From: Trichodelitschia bisporula | Taxonomy: Eukaryota | Direction of reading: 5' to 3' | Length of the DNA stretch: 64,000 bases | Assembly (NCBI GenBank): GCA_010356995.1 | Contig: ML996701.1 | Coordinates: 186,001-250,000 of the forward strand | Shown: in pieces, positions 46,501-58,190 of the stretch | Layout: each line of letters opens with the position of its first letter | Numbering within the stretch: position 1 is the stretch's first letter | Translations under genes and position numbers: made by a program | The notes under the pieces: generated by a model | Database searches by the model: none | What the model was told of the DNA's origin: nothing | The model's input: the letters and a program-made list of their open reading frames with translations, nothing else

Positions 46501-49500
46501 CACGCGCGCATCACTTGAAAGCTGTTGGCGGCTGTTGGACTGCTTCTAGGCCGCCACCGCCCGCCTACTCACTACAATCTATGCAGAGGTAAGCGTCAGC
46601 AAAGCGCGAAAGTGAACATTGGAGCAAATGCGTGTGAATGTGCGCGCACGCGCAATTGCAAATAGAGAACTTCAAACCGTGAGGATAAGCTTGCAGATCA
46701 AACTCGATCCGAAAAGCCACATTAGCGTTGCTCGAGATGATGGATGAATGCGGTCATTCGGTTGATGCCGCGCGGCATAAGAGGCGCGGATGGTCGACTA
46801 TCCAGTGCGGTGCGCAATGGGCGCCCCGAAGCCTTGGGCGCGATACGGCGATAAACAAACTTTAAGTCATGCTGAGCATCTGCGAACTCTCATTTCGACA
46901 TGCAGTCCTTCGGTCCCAACTTTCCCATTCGTGGTATGGCCGTCAGCCCGCCTTCTTCGCGACCGATGCAGGTGTCGCGCGATCGCCTGTAAAGAGGGCG
47001 GTAGCATGGAGCTAACCAGCGCTTCTCTAACCTGAGCTTCAAAGGCACCCGCGCATGCGCGACCCATCCCCCCCACCCGAAATGTGCCGAAGCGGGCGCC
47101 GTATTTTTTGCTTCGCGTAAATTTCCCTCTACCCCACCTCGCTCCGCCTACCCTCATCTCGGGCCATGCCGTTTCAGACTCAGCCACCTGAAGTTTCAGA
47201 CAGGCCTTTTCCCGCGTGGGTCACCCTGCCAGTGCGCAAGCCAACGGGCAACGGTCCTGGCGGGCTGGCCCTTCCCCCCCCGCTTGTGGCATCGCGTCTT
47301 TTGTGCGCGGCTGGGATATCCTCCGCAGGAAGAGGCTCCATCTCGTCGTGGTTGCACCGCGTGGGACACACGACCGGTGCGTCTACGCCGTGAGGAAAAG
47401 CATGGCGGCGACAGCATTAGCATCTCCACAATGCGCAACCGCTAAATGTGGGTCGCTGCTGCGGGCCATGTCAGATGATAGGATGCAGCCGAGGTGAAGA
47501 TAGAAGCGAAAAGCGGGACGACGTCACTGCGACAAACATCGGGTACATCTTCTTCGCTTCTGCTCGGCTTACGAATACTGTGTTGCCGCCAGTAATCGGA
47601 GATGCGCGCGTCCAGTGAGTCGTCGGCCGTGTCCGCCCCAAAGGCCGAAGCGGCAGGGGCTGCACGGTGTGAGCGAAAGCGATCAGGCTGGGCTGCGCCG
47701 GTCAAATCACAGCACCGGACGCTGCTTCATGAAGGAACCTCACCGAGAGGATTGGCACCCAAAAGCTGCACCGAGTATGAGGCCATAACCCGCCACATGA
47801 ATTCTGGGCCCACAAAGACCTCTCCGCCGTAACGGCCGTTGGCCGCACGTCGATCCGGCAGCTGGACTGCCGTCACAAAGCGGTCGGCCGGCGACTCGGC
47901 TCGCCTCGCGTCGGCGATGTTGGCAGCCAATAGGGGAATTATGCCGCTTCCCTCCACGATCAATCCGCAGACTGTGCTAGATCGAGTGGGGCAGCTCGTT
48001 CGATGCAACATCAACACCGACCAACGTCCACCGATAACGCGGCCTGCGTCGCCGGGGGTCATGCTAGGCCGCCTGCAAGAGGTGACGCGCGGGGTTGACG
48101 TTGACGGCGGCCATTGGCAGTTAGGAAGCCTGGGGCCAAACCATGAGCTTCTATGAATATGCGCGGAGCGCAAGAGTGCGACGCCCCCAAGCACTCTCCA
48201 CCTCCATTTTCGGTTTTGCACTTTAATCTTGACTCCCGATCGCAACCTTTTCTGAAGGCCAGACCTGCAAGAGACGTTGATCGACGGTTGGGGTTCACGT
48301 CCAGCGTATCATCGGCCGCATCATGCCAAAGTTGCCGCACCCTTCGTTAAAGTCCAGCCGCCCGTTCATCAGGATCCTCATCAACGGAGACTGATTAATG
48401 CACCGCACAAACTATCCGGCCTGAAACATACAGACCGATCTATACGTTCGCACATGATGGCAGCACGCGGCCATAACAATATCCACAACGCGCATCGACG
48501 AGTTCGTTGTGCTCCTCCTCTTGCAGCCAAAAATAGCGTGTGAGGTTGGAGAACAGCCCTAATGACGCGCCGCAAGTCGTATGTGATCACGTATACCAGC
48601 TTTCGGTTGAATAACGACGCGTAGACGAGCTTCAATAAAGGCGATCCTATAGCCGGTCTGTGCGGCATAGCCGAGTTACGCACTTTCCGCTTTCGAGGCT
48701 CTAAAGCAGCAACACTGTGGCGCGCATTCGCAACCGCAACTTGCTTTGGGCCGCCATGGTGCCCATTCTCGCGCGTGTTGTACAAGAGTCCCGTCACGGC
48801 AGGTTTGGTTCCGCACTGCACGCGTGAGCCGAGGCGACAGTGTCGGACAGCGTCCACAACGGTGCGTTGTCTACAACTGTAATTCCGCATGTCGCCTCCA
48901 TGCATTGAAGATTTCACATCGGCGAGAGTGAGAATTCAGCACGGGACGGATGGCGACATGGTCGAGGCATGCGAGACTGCGCGCGGTCGTTTCGAGCTGT
49001 TATCGTGCCCTTCTTGCCCACCTTCTTTCGTCCTCTTCACTCTCCGCCACTTGCGCCCTTCATCCGTCTCTTTGCCGTCATGTTGGTCGACGGTTTCGTC
49101 CTTGCTATGTACCCTACAGCCTCGCCCCGCAGCCGTTGGAGTTGTGCCCTACCCACCTTGATGTACGGTAGCTCCGCCGACTTCAACCCTGTCCCACCCC
49201 ACTTGTGCATCGTCCGCTGCCCAGCAGCCCAAGACTCAGCGGCCAGGAGCGGAGGGCTCCGCCGGTCCGCCCCCCCAAAGCGGGTCCGCCCCTTGCTCCG
49301 AGGTGCCGTGTTTGTAAGTAATCTCGGCGGAAGCACGGACCGTTTTCTTTACGGTGCTGCGCCTTTCGCCCGCACGTCCATCCACCGGGGCACGCGTTAC
49401 GGAGCACAGATCGAGCATTGCTGTTGCGGCCTTTTTTCTTTCGTGGCGCGGCCCCATGCACGGGCACTTTATTTCCAGATTTCTGGGTCGTGACGCATCC

Positions 49501-52500
49501 AATGACAGACCCCGTCGCTTGCCGCTCGCATCTTTGACGGCAGGCAAGTTCAGACGATTACGCACTCGCGCCTTTTGCGCTCACAATGTGCATTGTTTTG
49601 AGCCTTTGGCCCGCGGGTGTTCCAGGCTGAGTCTCGTGTCATGACGTTCGGCGACACCGGGAAAGCCGGAAGAGAGTGCCGTCGTTCCCGTTTGTCACTC
49701 CGTCAAACTGGTCTCTATTTGCGAAACGCTGAGGAAGCCAAACAGAGCACCGAAATGTATATGCGTATGTGCTGCTGGGAGCTGCCCTTGTCAGCATATG
49801 GCCGTCGGTGCTTGAAGATGACAGGGGACACTGTTGGACACTACTCTAGTACCCCTCAGCGCCATCATCGACATCGTCTCACGCAGCTAAGCGGCCTGTA
49901 GACTTGGCCTTCTAGAATTTCGCTCGTAGCAAGCCCGTGCGGCCGTTCCTTGAAGCGCGTTGTGGTGAACTTGTGGCACTGGCCTGCAATCAGAAGCTGC
50001 GGGTTGCGGGGGAAGCCCGCCCTCAAGACCATGCTTCCCGAGGTTCCTTGTAAAGTGGCGCGCGCCTCGAGTCTCATCGTCCATTGCTCCTCATCTACGC
50101 GCAAGACCGCATCTGGATGCCGGTATAAACTGCCAAAGAAACGAACCGCTGACCGGAGATGAACTAGTTTTGCGGCAGGTGAAAAACCTAATCTGTGTTC
50201 ATGTGGGTGAAGGGAACGTGTGCCTCACGAGTCGCCATTTGACCGGCCATATCGCGATCCGGGGTGGTCCGACAGTTCCTATTCTCCATCATCCGGGTGA
50301 TATTGTTTTCGCGCCCGTCAGCTCCACAGTAACGCGAAATCGCGCCGATCGCGCTTGCAGGTCTTAAAGGTTAGGCTGTTTGGTCATCAAGGACCGCGGT
50401 CGCTACCGTAGATGCCAAAATGTACAGGGAACAGGCGCCCATGGTTAGTGGCTGTTGTGAGCGGTTCGCGAATCGTAAGTCCATCCACCATATCGGTGTA
50501 CAATTCATCGTTCTTCCCCTCCTTTGGCGAACGGAATGATCAAAGTGTTGCCTTCAAGCGCGCGTAACCGAGGTGTCTATCTGATGACAAACCGTTCTCT
50601 GCTCGCTCCTCTGCCTGGTGAAGCTAATCCTCCGTCCAGCGTTGAGTCAAGAGGGGACTAGCTTGGCAACGGTGCATAAGCTGGCAAGCTTGCTTCACGT
50701 TCTCACCATGCCTGCGAGTGGCGGGGAATGGGGAGTCATATTGGCAGCTGCTGAGGGTGCTGGGGGAGAGACGTCGGGTGTGGTTCGTGCGTCTGCGTTG
50801 CGTCCTGCAGGCCGCTTGCCGGCTGCAGCTGCGAGTTTGCGAGCCTGCGAAGAGTTGAGCCGACCTTGTCGTCCCGCGCCCTGCCACTGCTATCCCAGTC
50901 TTTCATCGTTGATTGGATTCCCAGTCGCTGTCGGTTCGACCTCTTCGGCGGCCTTGAGCTGCGGGCCCGGGGGAGGCCGGAAGGAGGAGGTGAGGGATGT
51001 TGTATGAGTGGACGAGTGGGGATAGGGTGGATTATGGTAGGATGGGGATGAAGTTTGGGTTTAGGGTGTGGGGGAGGGAAGGGAAGATGGTTGCCAGAGA
51101 GGAGGGGGCTGGCGGGCACTGCGGGCAGGCGGGGGGAGGGCCTGCTTCCCGCTTTTTTGACAGGCGGCGGCCATGGCATCGTCGTCACAGCCGATAACCG
51201 CACCCTGACCCAAGTAACCGCTGAGATTTGGAAAAAGGAACTTCGCTGCACTGCAAATATTGGCTGAGGAAAAAGTCTCCGACAGGTTCCTCAAGCCCTT
51301 GACCTTGTCACTCACACCCCAGGTGCCCAGCAAACATGCTCAGACGTCGTTCCCCGCAGGAACCACATCTCTACATCCCATAGTACGCAAGTAGGCGTCT
51401 TCTCCAAAGCTGTGAAGATGCGCAAACATACGAGTATAGAAATACTAGGACAAAAAGGTGTGGCAAAGACAATCATGCACCACAGCTGAGCGCTCCGCTC
51501 TACCGTATGAATTCTGTTGAATGTCGGCTCAAAAGCCCGTAAGCTCGCAGGTCCATCAACAGCCTTGGGTTTGCATCTCAATGTCATGCAACTCGCTGTA
51601 CGACATCGCGGCTGGCCTCGACGCCCACCACCGCATCTGCCCATGCGTCCTCGCGAAAGCTGAATGGCGCATGAATGTTGAGGAGCCGAGCTTCTAAGGC
51701 TGTGTTGCATACTATGCAACCAATCACTCCGTCGAAGCCTGCAGTTGACTTCATCGTCGCCATCGTCCAATAGCCATCAATTATGTCCATCCAGGTCCTC
51801 GGTCTCCTTTCCTGGGCCTGCGCCATCCTTCGTACCTTCCTCAGTTGTGCTCTCAATATTGCTCCCATGCCTCGATCCCTCAAATTGCGGAGGTCGAGTC
51901 GGCTTGGTAGATGACTATACGGCCTTCCAAGTGGGAAGAACAGCACCGCTGATATGCAACAAAGTTGCCCCGAATAAATATATGACTGAGATTGACACGT
52001 CGAGGTGGGCCGAAGTTATTCTCGTGTGGCCACTGGGTGAACCGGCCTGGTCTGGCGCTGTCTGCTGTGCTATCGGTGTCGTGGCTCTCATGCGCATACA
52101 TTTCTGTCTGGAAGCACTCTGGAAGCACGCTGTTTTTGTTGAAGAGTTCCTGCAACCTTGATTACAAACCTGACGTCTCCAAAAGTCCCATAGCCTACAC
52201 TCGCGAGGGTAAACTTGGTGCTTCTATGGCCAACTCGGCATCTGGGATCGAAAAATATCTAGCATAGCCCGAACCCTAATGCAGCTTCGCTTGGGCCTTC
52301 GATTCAAAATATCTGTACGCATTCATATTGAACAGAAGACTTGTTTGATGTGATACTACGTGTACAACAAACATCGAACATCGAAACCACCAGCAAATCC
52401 TGCGAGCGATAAATTCGAACGCTGGGACATTGAGCACCTGCTAAAAGCCCCAACTCCGTGGTACACGCTCATACAGAGGTGAAGATAACAGCTGAAGCAG

Positions 52501-52682
52501 AACATCAGAAGCCGCGGCACGCAACACGCCAGGCTACCGGAAAAACGGATATCGTACAACCAATGCCAAAAGCTGCCGTGACGTCGTAAAGACCGTAGAA
52601 AAGGAGCGAACATGACCTGCCAAAATAACCCGCTCCATAAGGATTACATCCCATTCATCGTCATTCCAGTTTCCATCAACCC

Positions 52683-55600
52683 TCACAACTCATCCTTCAG
52701 TCTCGCCGACGCCGAGCCGGCAGCGGCCTTTGCCTTGCTCAGCTGAGCTTCTGCAACTCCTGTTGAGCTTGGAGTAAGGCCAGCAAGCCGTGCCCTCGCG
52801 TTCTCCATAACAGCAGCGACACGGCTTGACACGCTCTCCGCTGCACCCTGCTCCGGACCGTAGATGATGGAACTGACATGGGAGCTGGCAGATGCGTACT
52901 GATCGGCCACACCAGATCCCGCCCTCTCGTACTGGTCCTTCACGGCGCCATTGGCCGCGGACAGGCCGTCATTCGCAGCAGAGTACGCAGCAGAGTATGC
53001 GCTGGCGACACTACTTCCCGCAGCCTCAGCAACTCCAGTAGACGTCCCGTAGATAGCAGCCGATACCGCGCTCTGCGCGCTCGAAGCGATCTCATCGAAC
53101 CTCGACTGCGCCGAATCAAGGTAGCCCGGCTCCTCCCCATAGACGGCCTTGCTCGCCGCTGCTTGAGCAGACGAATATGCCCCGGCGGCAGCAGATGTGG
53201 CTTCTTCAACATAACCCTTTTGGGTGCCGTAAATCTGCGCGCTGGCTTCGTCGATCACCGCATTGACTCGGTCGCTCACACCCTGGAGGATGTCATCCAA
53301 AGCCGGAGGCGGCGTAAAGACTGAGGTGATCACGGAGGATGCGGACCCATAGGCTTCACTGGCGTAAGAAGATGCGGACGACGCCAGCGCAGGAGCCCCC
53401 GTCGCGTACGCTGAGTTGAGTCGGCTCATGACGCTCTCCGTGAAGGCAGGTTCGCGGCCCACAACAAGATCGGAAACAAGCGCTTGGACGGCAGCGTATT
53501 GCTCCGCCGCCGCAGCAGTTGCCTGTGCAGCATAGTCACCAGCTTGGCTCCAGATGGACTCCGTGAATGGTGTCGGCGTGCCATAGATCTGTTCACTGGC
53601 CTTCGATAAGAACGCTTCGTAGTTGCCGGCTATCTTTGAGGCCTGAGCTTCGGTCCAAGGAACCTCCGTACCGAAGAGACTAGCACTGGCTACAGAGGCA
53701 AGGTACTCGGCGTGGCCAGTAGGTGTACCGTAAATTGCAACACTCGCACTTGCTGAAGCTGACTGGAAGGCAGAGGAGGCTGCGACCACAGCAGCGGCAT
53801 ACGAGGCGGACGCGGATTCGAGAACGGACTGCGCTGGCGACTTGCTGGTCTTGCCTGCAACCGAACTAGCGGAGCTGAGGATACCGTCAAGGTTGCTGGA
53901 TGCTGCTAACACAGCCGAACTGTACCGGCCCTGGGCAGCCGACAAGAGCGATACATAAGCGGGCTTGGGGGTTCCATATACGGCGATACTTGCGCTCGTG
54001 GACGCTGCGGACAGCGCGTCTTGTGCTGCCGCGAGTGCCGATGAATACTGTGAGGATGCAGCATCGAGTACACTTTGAGCAGGTGATTTACTCGTCTTCC
54101 CAGCAGCAGAACTCGCCACGTTCAGCACCGAGTTAAGCTTTTCTTGCGCAGCCACGGACGCAGCGGTATACCTAGACTGCGCGGCTGACGCCAGGGTCTG
54201 GTAAGCTGGCGGTGTGGTGCCGAACACAGTCTTGGACGCTTCCTGAGCCCATCTCTGATATGCTGGAGCTGAGGTCCCATACACAGCTACCGAAGCAGCT
54301 TCCAAGAACTTGTCATAGCGGTCGTGTGCCATCCCAATGCCTTCATAGTACCGGCGCTGGACTTCAGACATGTACTTCTGGTGAGAAGGGGTAGGTTCGG
54401 CCGAGATTGCAGCTCTGGCACGCGAGTATTGAGCCGAAGCTTGGCTTAGCCCTTCTTGAAGGCGAGACGAGGCCACAGACGAAGCAGACTCCATGACTCC
54501 TTGTGTGGGGCGGGACAGGAACCCAGTGATGGACGCCAACGCTGAGTGGAGCTGCCCGCTAGCCACCCGGAGCTGAGAAGAATAGGCTTCGTCGATCGAT
54601 GACAGTGTCTTCTCGTATGCAGGCTTCGGACTGCCGGAAACTGCCACAGACGCGGCACTCGCTGCTGCCGAGTATTGCTCTTTTGCTGCTTGCACAGCCT
54701 CCTCATACTTCGAGGAAGCTTGGGCAGTGAGCGATTGCAAGTACGGAGTCGGCGTCCCGTATATCGCATAGGAAGCCCTATTTATGATTAGCAAAGTTCC
54801 AGTGTCCGAAAGAGTGGACTTACGCGGTATACGCTTGGGAGTACTTCTCGGCAGCAACGCTGGTGGCGCTCTCAACGGCACCAGTGCTGGTGCCATACAG
54901 GACACTGGAGGCAGCTAACATAGCGCTTGCATATTGGGCACTCCCCCAAGACGCAACTGATTCACCAGTTCCTGTGGTGGGGGTGGAATCACGGAGCTTA
55001 GAGATAAGGCTGTTCAACTGATCCGCGTAAGAATCGTCTTCATCCACAAAGTCATCATCCAGAATGATCTCCCGTGGAGCTACCTCAGCTGCCATTGCAC
55101 CGCCCCACACCTTCTTGGGCGTAGGTGCGCTTGCATTTGGGACCTCATCCGAGAGGTCGACCGCATCCTCTGCGACCGGGCCAGGCGTTCCAATGATGGC
55201 GGACACTATCTGTTCCGTTTTCTTTTTCGCTGCGGACAGGACTGAGTTTGCGCCTCTGCTGGCTGAGCTGGACTTGCCGAGGACGGTTTGAGAAAGGTCT
55301 TCCGTGATGTCGCTCGCAGCCGACGCAGCGTAGGCCAGTTGGTGAGCAACACCCTGCGACGCGTCAACAGCTGGCTTCGCCTCGCCTTCAAATATCTCTT
55401 TCGCGCTGTCGATGGCCGCCCGGGACGCCCGCGCCACCTTGGCCGGAATCGTTTTCGTATCGAAGTCGTGTGAGGAGTCTCCTGCATCAAGTTTCCACTT
55501 CGCAACGTCCTTTAGTCGCGCAAGTTCCTTGGCAGTCTGCTCAGCGACGTCCATCGCTTTGTCGAGCACCTCGTCACCCGCCTGTGAAGCCGTGAGCAGG

Positions 55601-57255
55601 CCGTCATGGTTCAGTGCTGCTGCGCCCACTCCCTCCCGCCACTTTTCAAAAGTACCCTTGAGTTCGCTGTACTTAGACCAGTCTTTGTACGTGACCCCCT
55701 CCATGGACGCCCACCGCATGCCGATATCCTGAAGCCCGAGATCCCGAATATTGTCAATGACGCTTAGGGTGGACTCTAGAGCGGTCTTGATGAGCGCGAG
55801 CGTCTCCTGGTCGTACTTCTGCTTCCAGGTGCGGACTGCTTGAGCCTGTTCCTTGACAGCTGCACCGGATGCTCGGATATCTGCAACGAGGCCCGCATAA
55901 GCCTCCTCGATGTCCTCGGGACTAGCCGTTTCTGGGAGCCTTTCGACGGCCTTACGGATCTTCGGCTTCAGCGCCTCAAGTTCGGACTTGGACGTTTCTT
56001 CCAGGCGAACCACCATGGCATTTCCAACCCCATGGGCCTGGTTTCCAATCTGTCGAGTAGTGATTTCCTTGACCCGCTCGTTCAGGTCTTCAGTGCCCTT
56101 CTCGGCGGCCCTGGCAAACCGGTCATGCCATGTCTTGAGGTCGGTGGCAAGCTTCTCACGAGGGTCGATGTTGCCGTCGGAGTTTTTGCTCGCGGCGCTT
56201 GCCAATTTCTTCGGCGTTCCCGATGGCTTCAATCCCGTGGACGACAAGGTAACGGCGCTAGAAGGACTAGCTGTATGAGACAATACCATCTTCTCGGAAC
56301 TATACTCGGTTAACGGGCCAGTTCGTGCCGGTAGGTGCGATGCTTACGAGTTGAGAGAGTCAATTTCTGCCTCAAGCTTCTTTGTGTCCTTGTACCGACC
56401 CAACCTCTCACTGATCCTCATCAACTGAGGCTCCACATTCTCACCGTATAGGATGACAAGTTGTGGCCATATTCTCCGGTTTAGGAAGGACAGCGCCGAA
56501 GTTTCGACTTTGCGGACGTATGGCAACACCGCGTGTGCCGTGATGTGATGTCCATGGGCGTAGATAGCCTGAAGATATGGAAGGGTTCGGTGGTAGAGGG
56601 GGACCAGAGTGGTATCAAAGATCTCGAGAGCCTCGTCCTTTGCTCTGTTCAGATGCGGGACCGTCACCGCCGTCACCTTGTCGACATGCGGTGCCAGAGT
56701 TCTACCATAAGCCTCCTGAACCGCCCTCTCGCTCGCCTCGATTTGGGGCTGAATGGCCGCTGACCAGGTCTTTCCCGCCTGCTTTTGAATGCTCTGGACG
56801 TGCGCGGCAGCGTAGGCTTGGTAGTTTCGCTTGGTGAAGGACGCGACGGGATCGTACAGTTGCTCATTGAGCCGGTCGATATAAGGGTCAGTCAAATCCA
56901 CATATGGCTTGAGATAGTGATTGTAATGCGGTGACACATGCGGGGCAATGTGCGACTTTATCCTCAAGTACGGCTTGCACACGTTGGGCGATTCATCTGT
57001 GATGTTGGACAGGGACGAAGGGCAGCGAAAGGTGGCCGTCAGGACGCAGTACCACAGTAGCAGTCTGGTAGAAAATCATTCGTCAACATGGCAACATCAA
57101 AGTTTGGCGAGGGTCACAGACCTAGCAAACGTGCTGAGGAAGGACGCCAATACGCTTTTCTTTGGCGTCCGTGTCTTGGATCTCGGGACGAGACTCTGAG
57201 GTTGACCTGCGGGCATGCTGGCTTTAGCCACAGCACTGTTGGCTTGACCGTTCAT
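52683..57255 (-). CDS. Large Ala/Ser-rich repeat protein with N-terminal signal anchor, coiled-coil region and C-terminal KDEL (She10-like family), 4 exons
   Basis: ATG 57255; introns near 57121-57066, 56347-56300 and 54823-54778. LLWYCVLTATFRCP...CKPY N-terminal motif; GMRWASMEGVTYKDWSKY; recurring YGTP repeats; ends ARLKDEL. Confidence 0.8.
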
Positions 57256-58190
57256 GATCGTGGAGCTGTAGCTGTTAGTACGTTTCGGAAACTCCAGCGG
57301 CGGCCATAGAGCTCGCGACGGTTCTGAAGCGGAGGGAGAGCTCTGCGTATGCCACGAGAAAAACATGGGTGGAGAAGCAAAGTACCCAGGGGCTGATAAC
57401 GGAGTTTGTTATCAAAAAGAGGACTCCACACACATCGGTGACGTGTTGAAGTCTATATGAAGATGTGTGGGAGTGATGGGGGAGTAGATCGACGGGGGGG
57501 AAAGTACTGCGGGTGATGGTAGAGGTCGTGAAGCACGGCCGCAAGATTTCCTGGCTTGTGGAGGATGTGTGGAGCATCTGCCAGCTGACGTCAACGCACA
57601 CCTTTGGCAGGCTTTCTGGGGGGCAGGACGAGGCGCGTCGCCACACAAAATAACCCGTGCGCGACAGGCGCAGATGGAGCTCTCTGCAACAAACACACGC
57701 TGCTTGGTTCTGCTATGTCTTTACAGAAGGTAGGATCACATAGATAAGTCAATAGACGACCGGCAAGTAAATATTTAAGGGGTAATCACATCATTCCTTT
57801 CCACGCGGTGAATAAGGTCTCGTTGATGATCACGTGATATATCGATGAAAGGCAACGTGCGGATCGCGGCCGTTGGCACGACCGCACCATCTCCGCAACT
57901 TCTCAGCAACTTCTCCTCAACTCCATTCCCTTGCAACTTCGCCACCCCATCGTTGCCTTTGAGTTTTGACGTCGCTACATTGCCGCAAACCCTTCACATT
58001 CACTAAGCGTTATCATCGAGCCTCGCCGTGTCGAACTTGCCACCCCCACATCGCATGCCTTACCCCTCAGCCTCCGCATTCATGATCCGATAGCGACCTT
58101 TACGAGCGACTCCCAGGTTGCCTATCCGAAACGAAGCGACATCTTCTTCCACCTCCTCGTTCTTGTTATCTCCCCACTGGCGCCGACGAG

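Noticed and set aside
51745..52270. Possible small gene near the 3' end of the KDEL gene
   Set aside because: Overlapping short ORFs on both strands with no motif or coherent exon structure.
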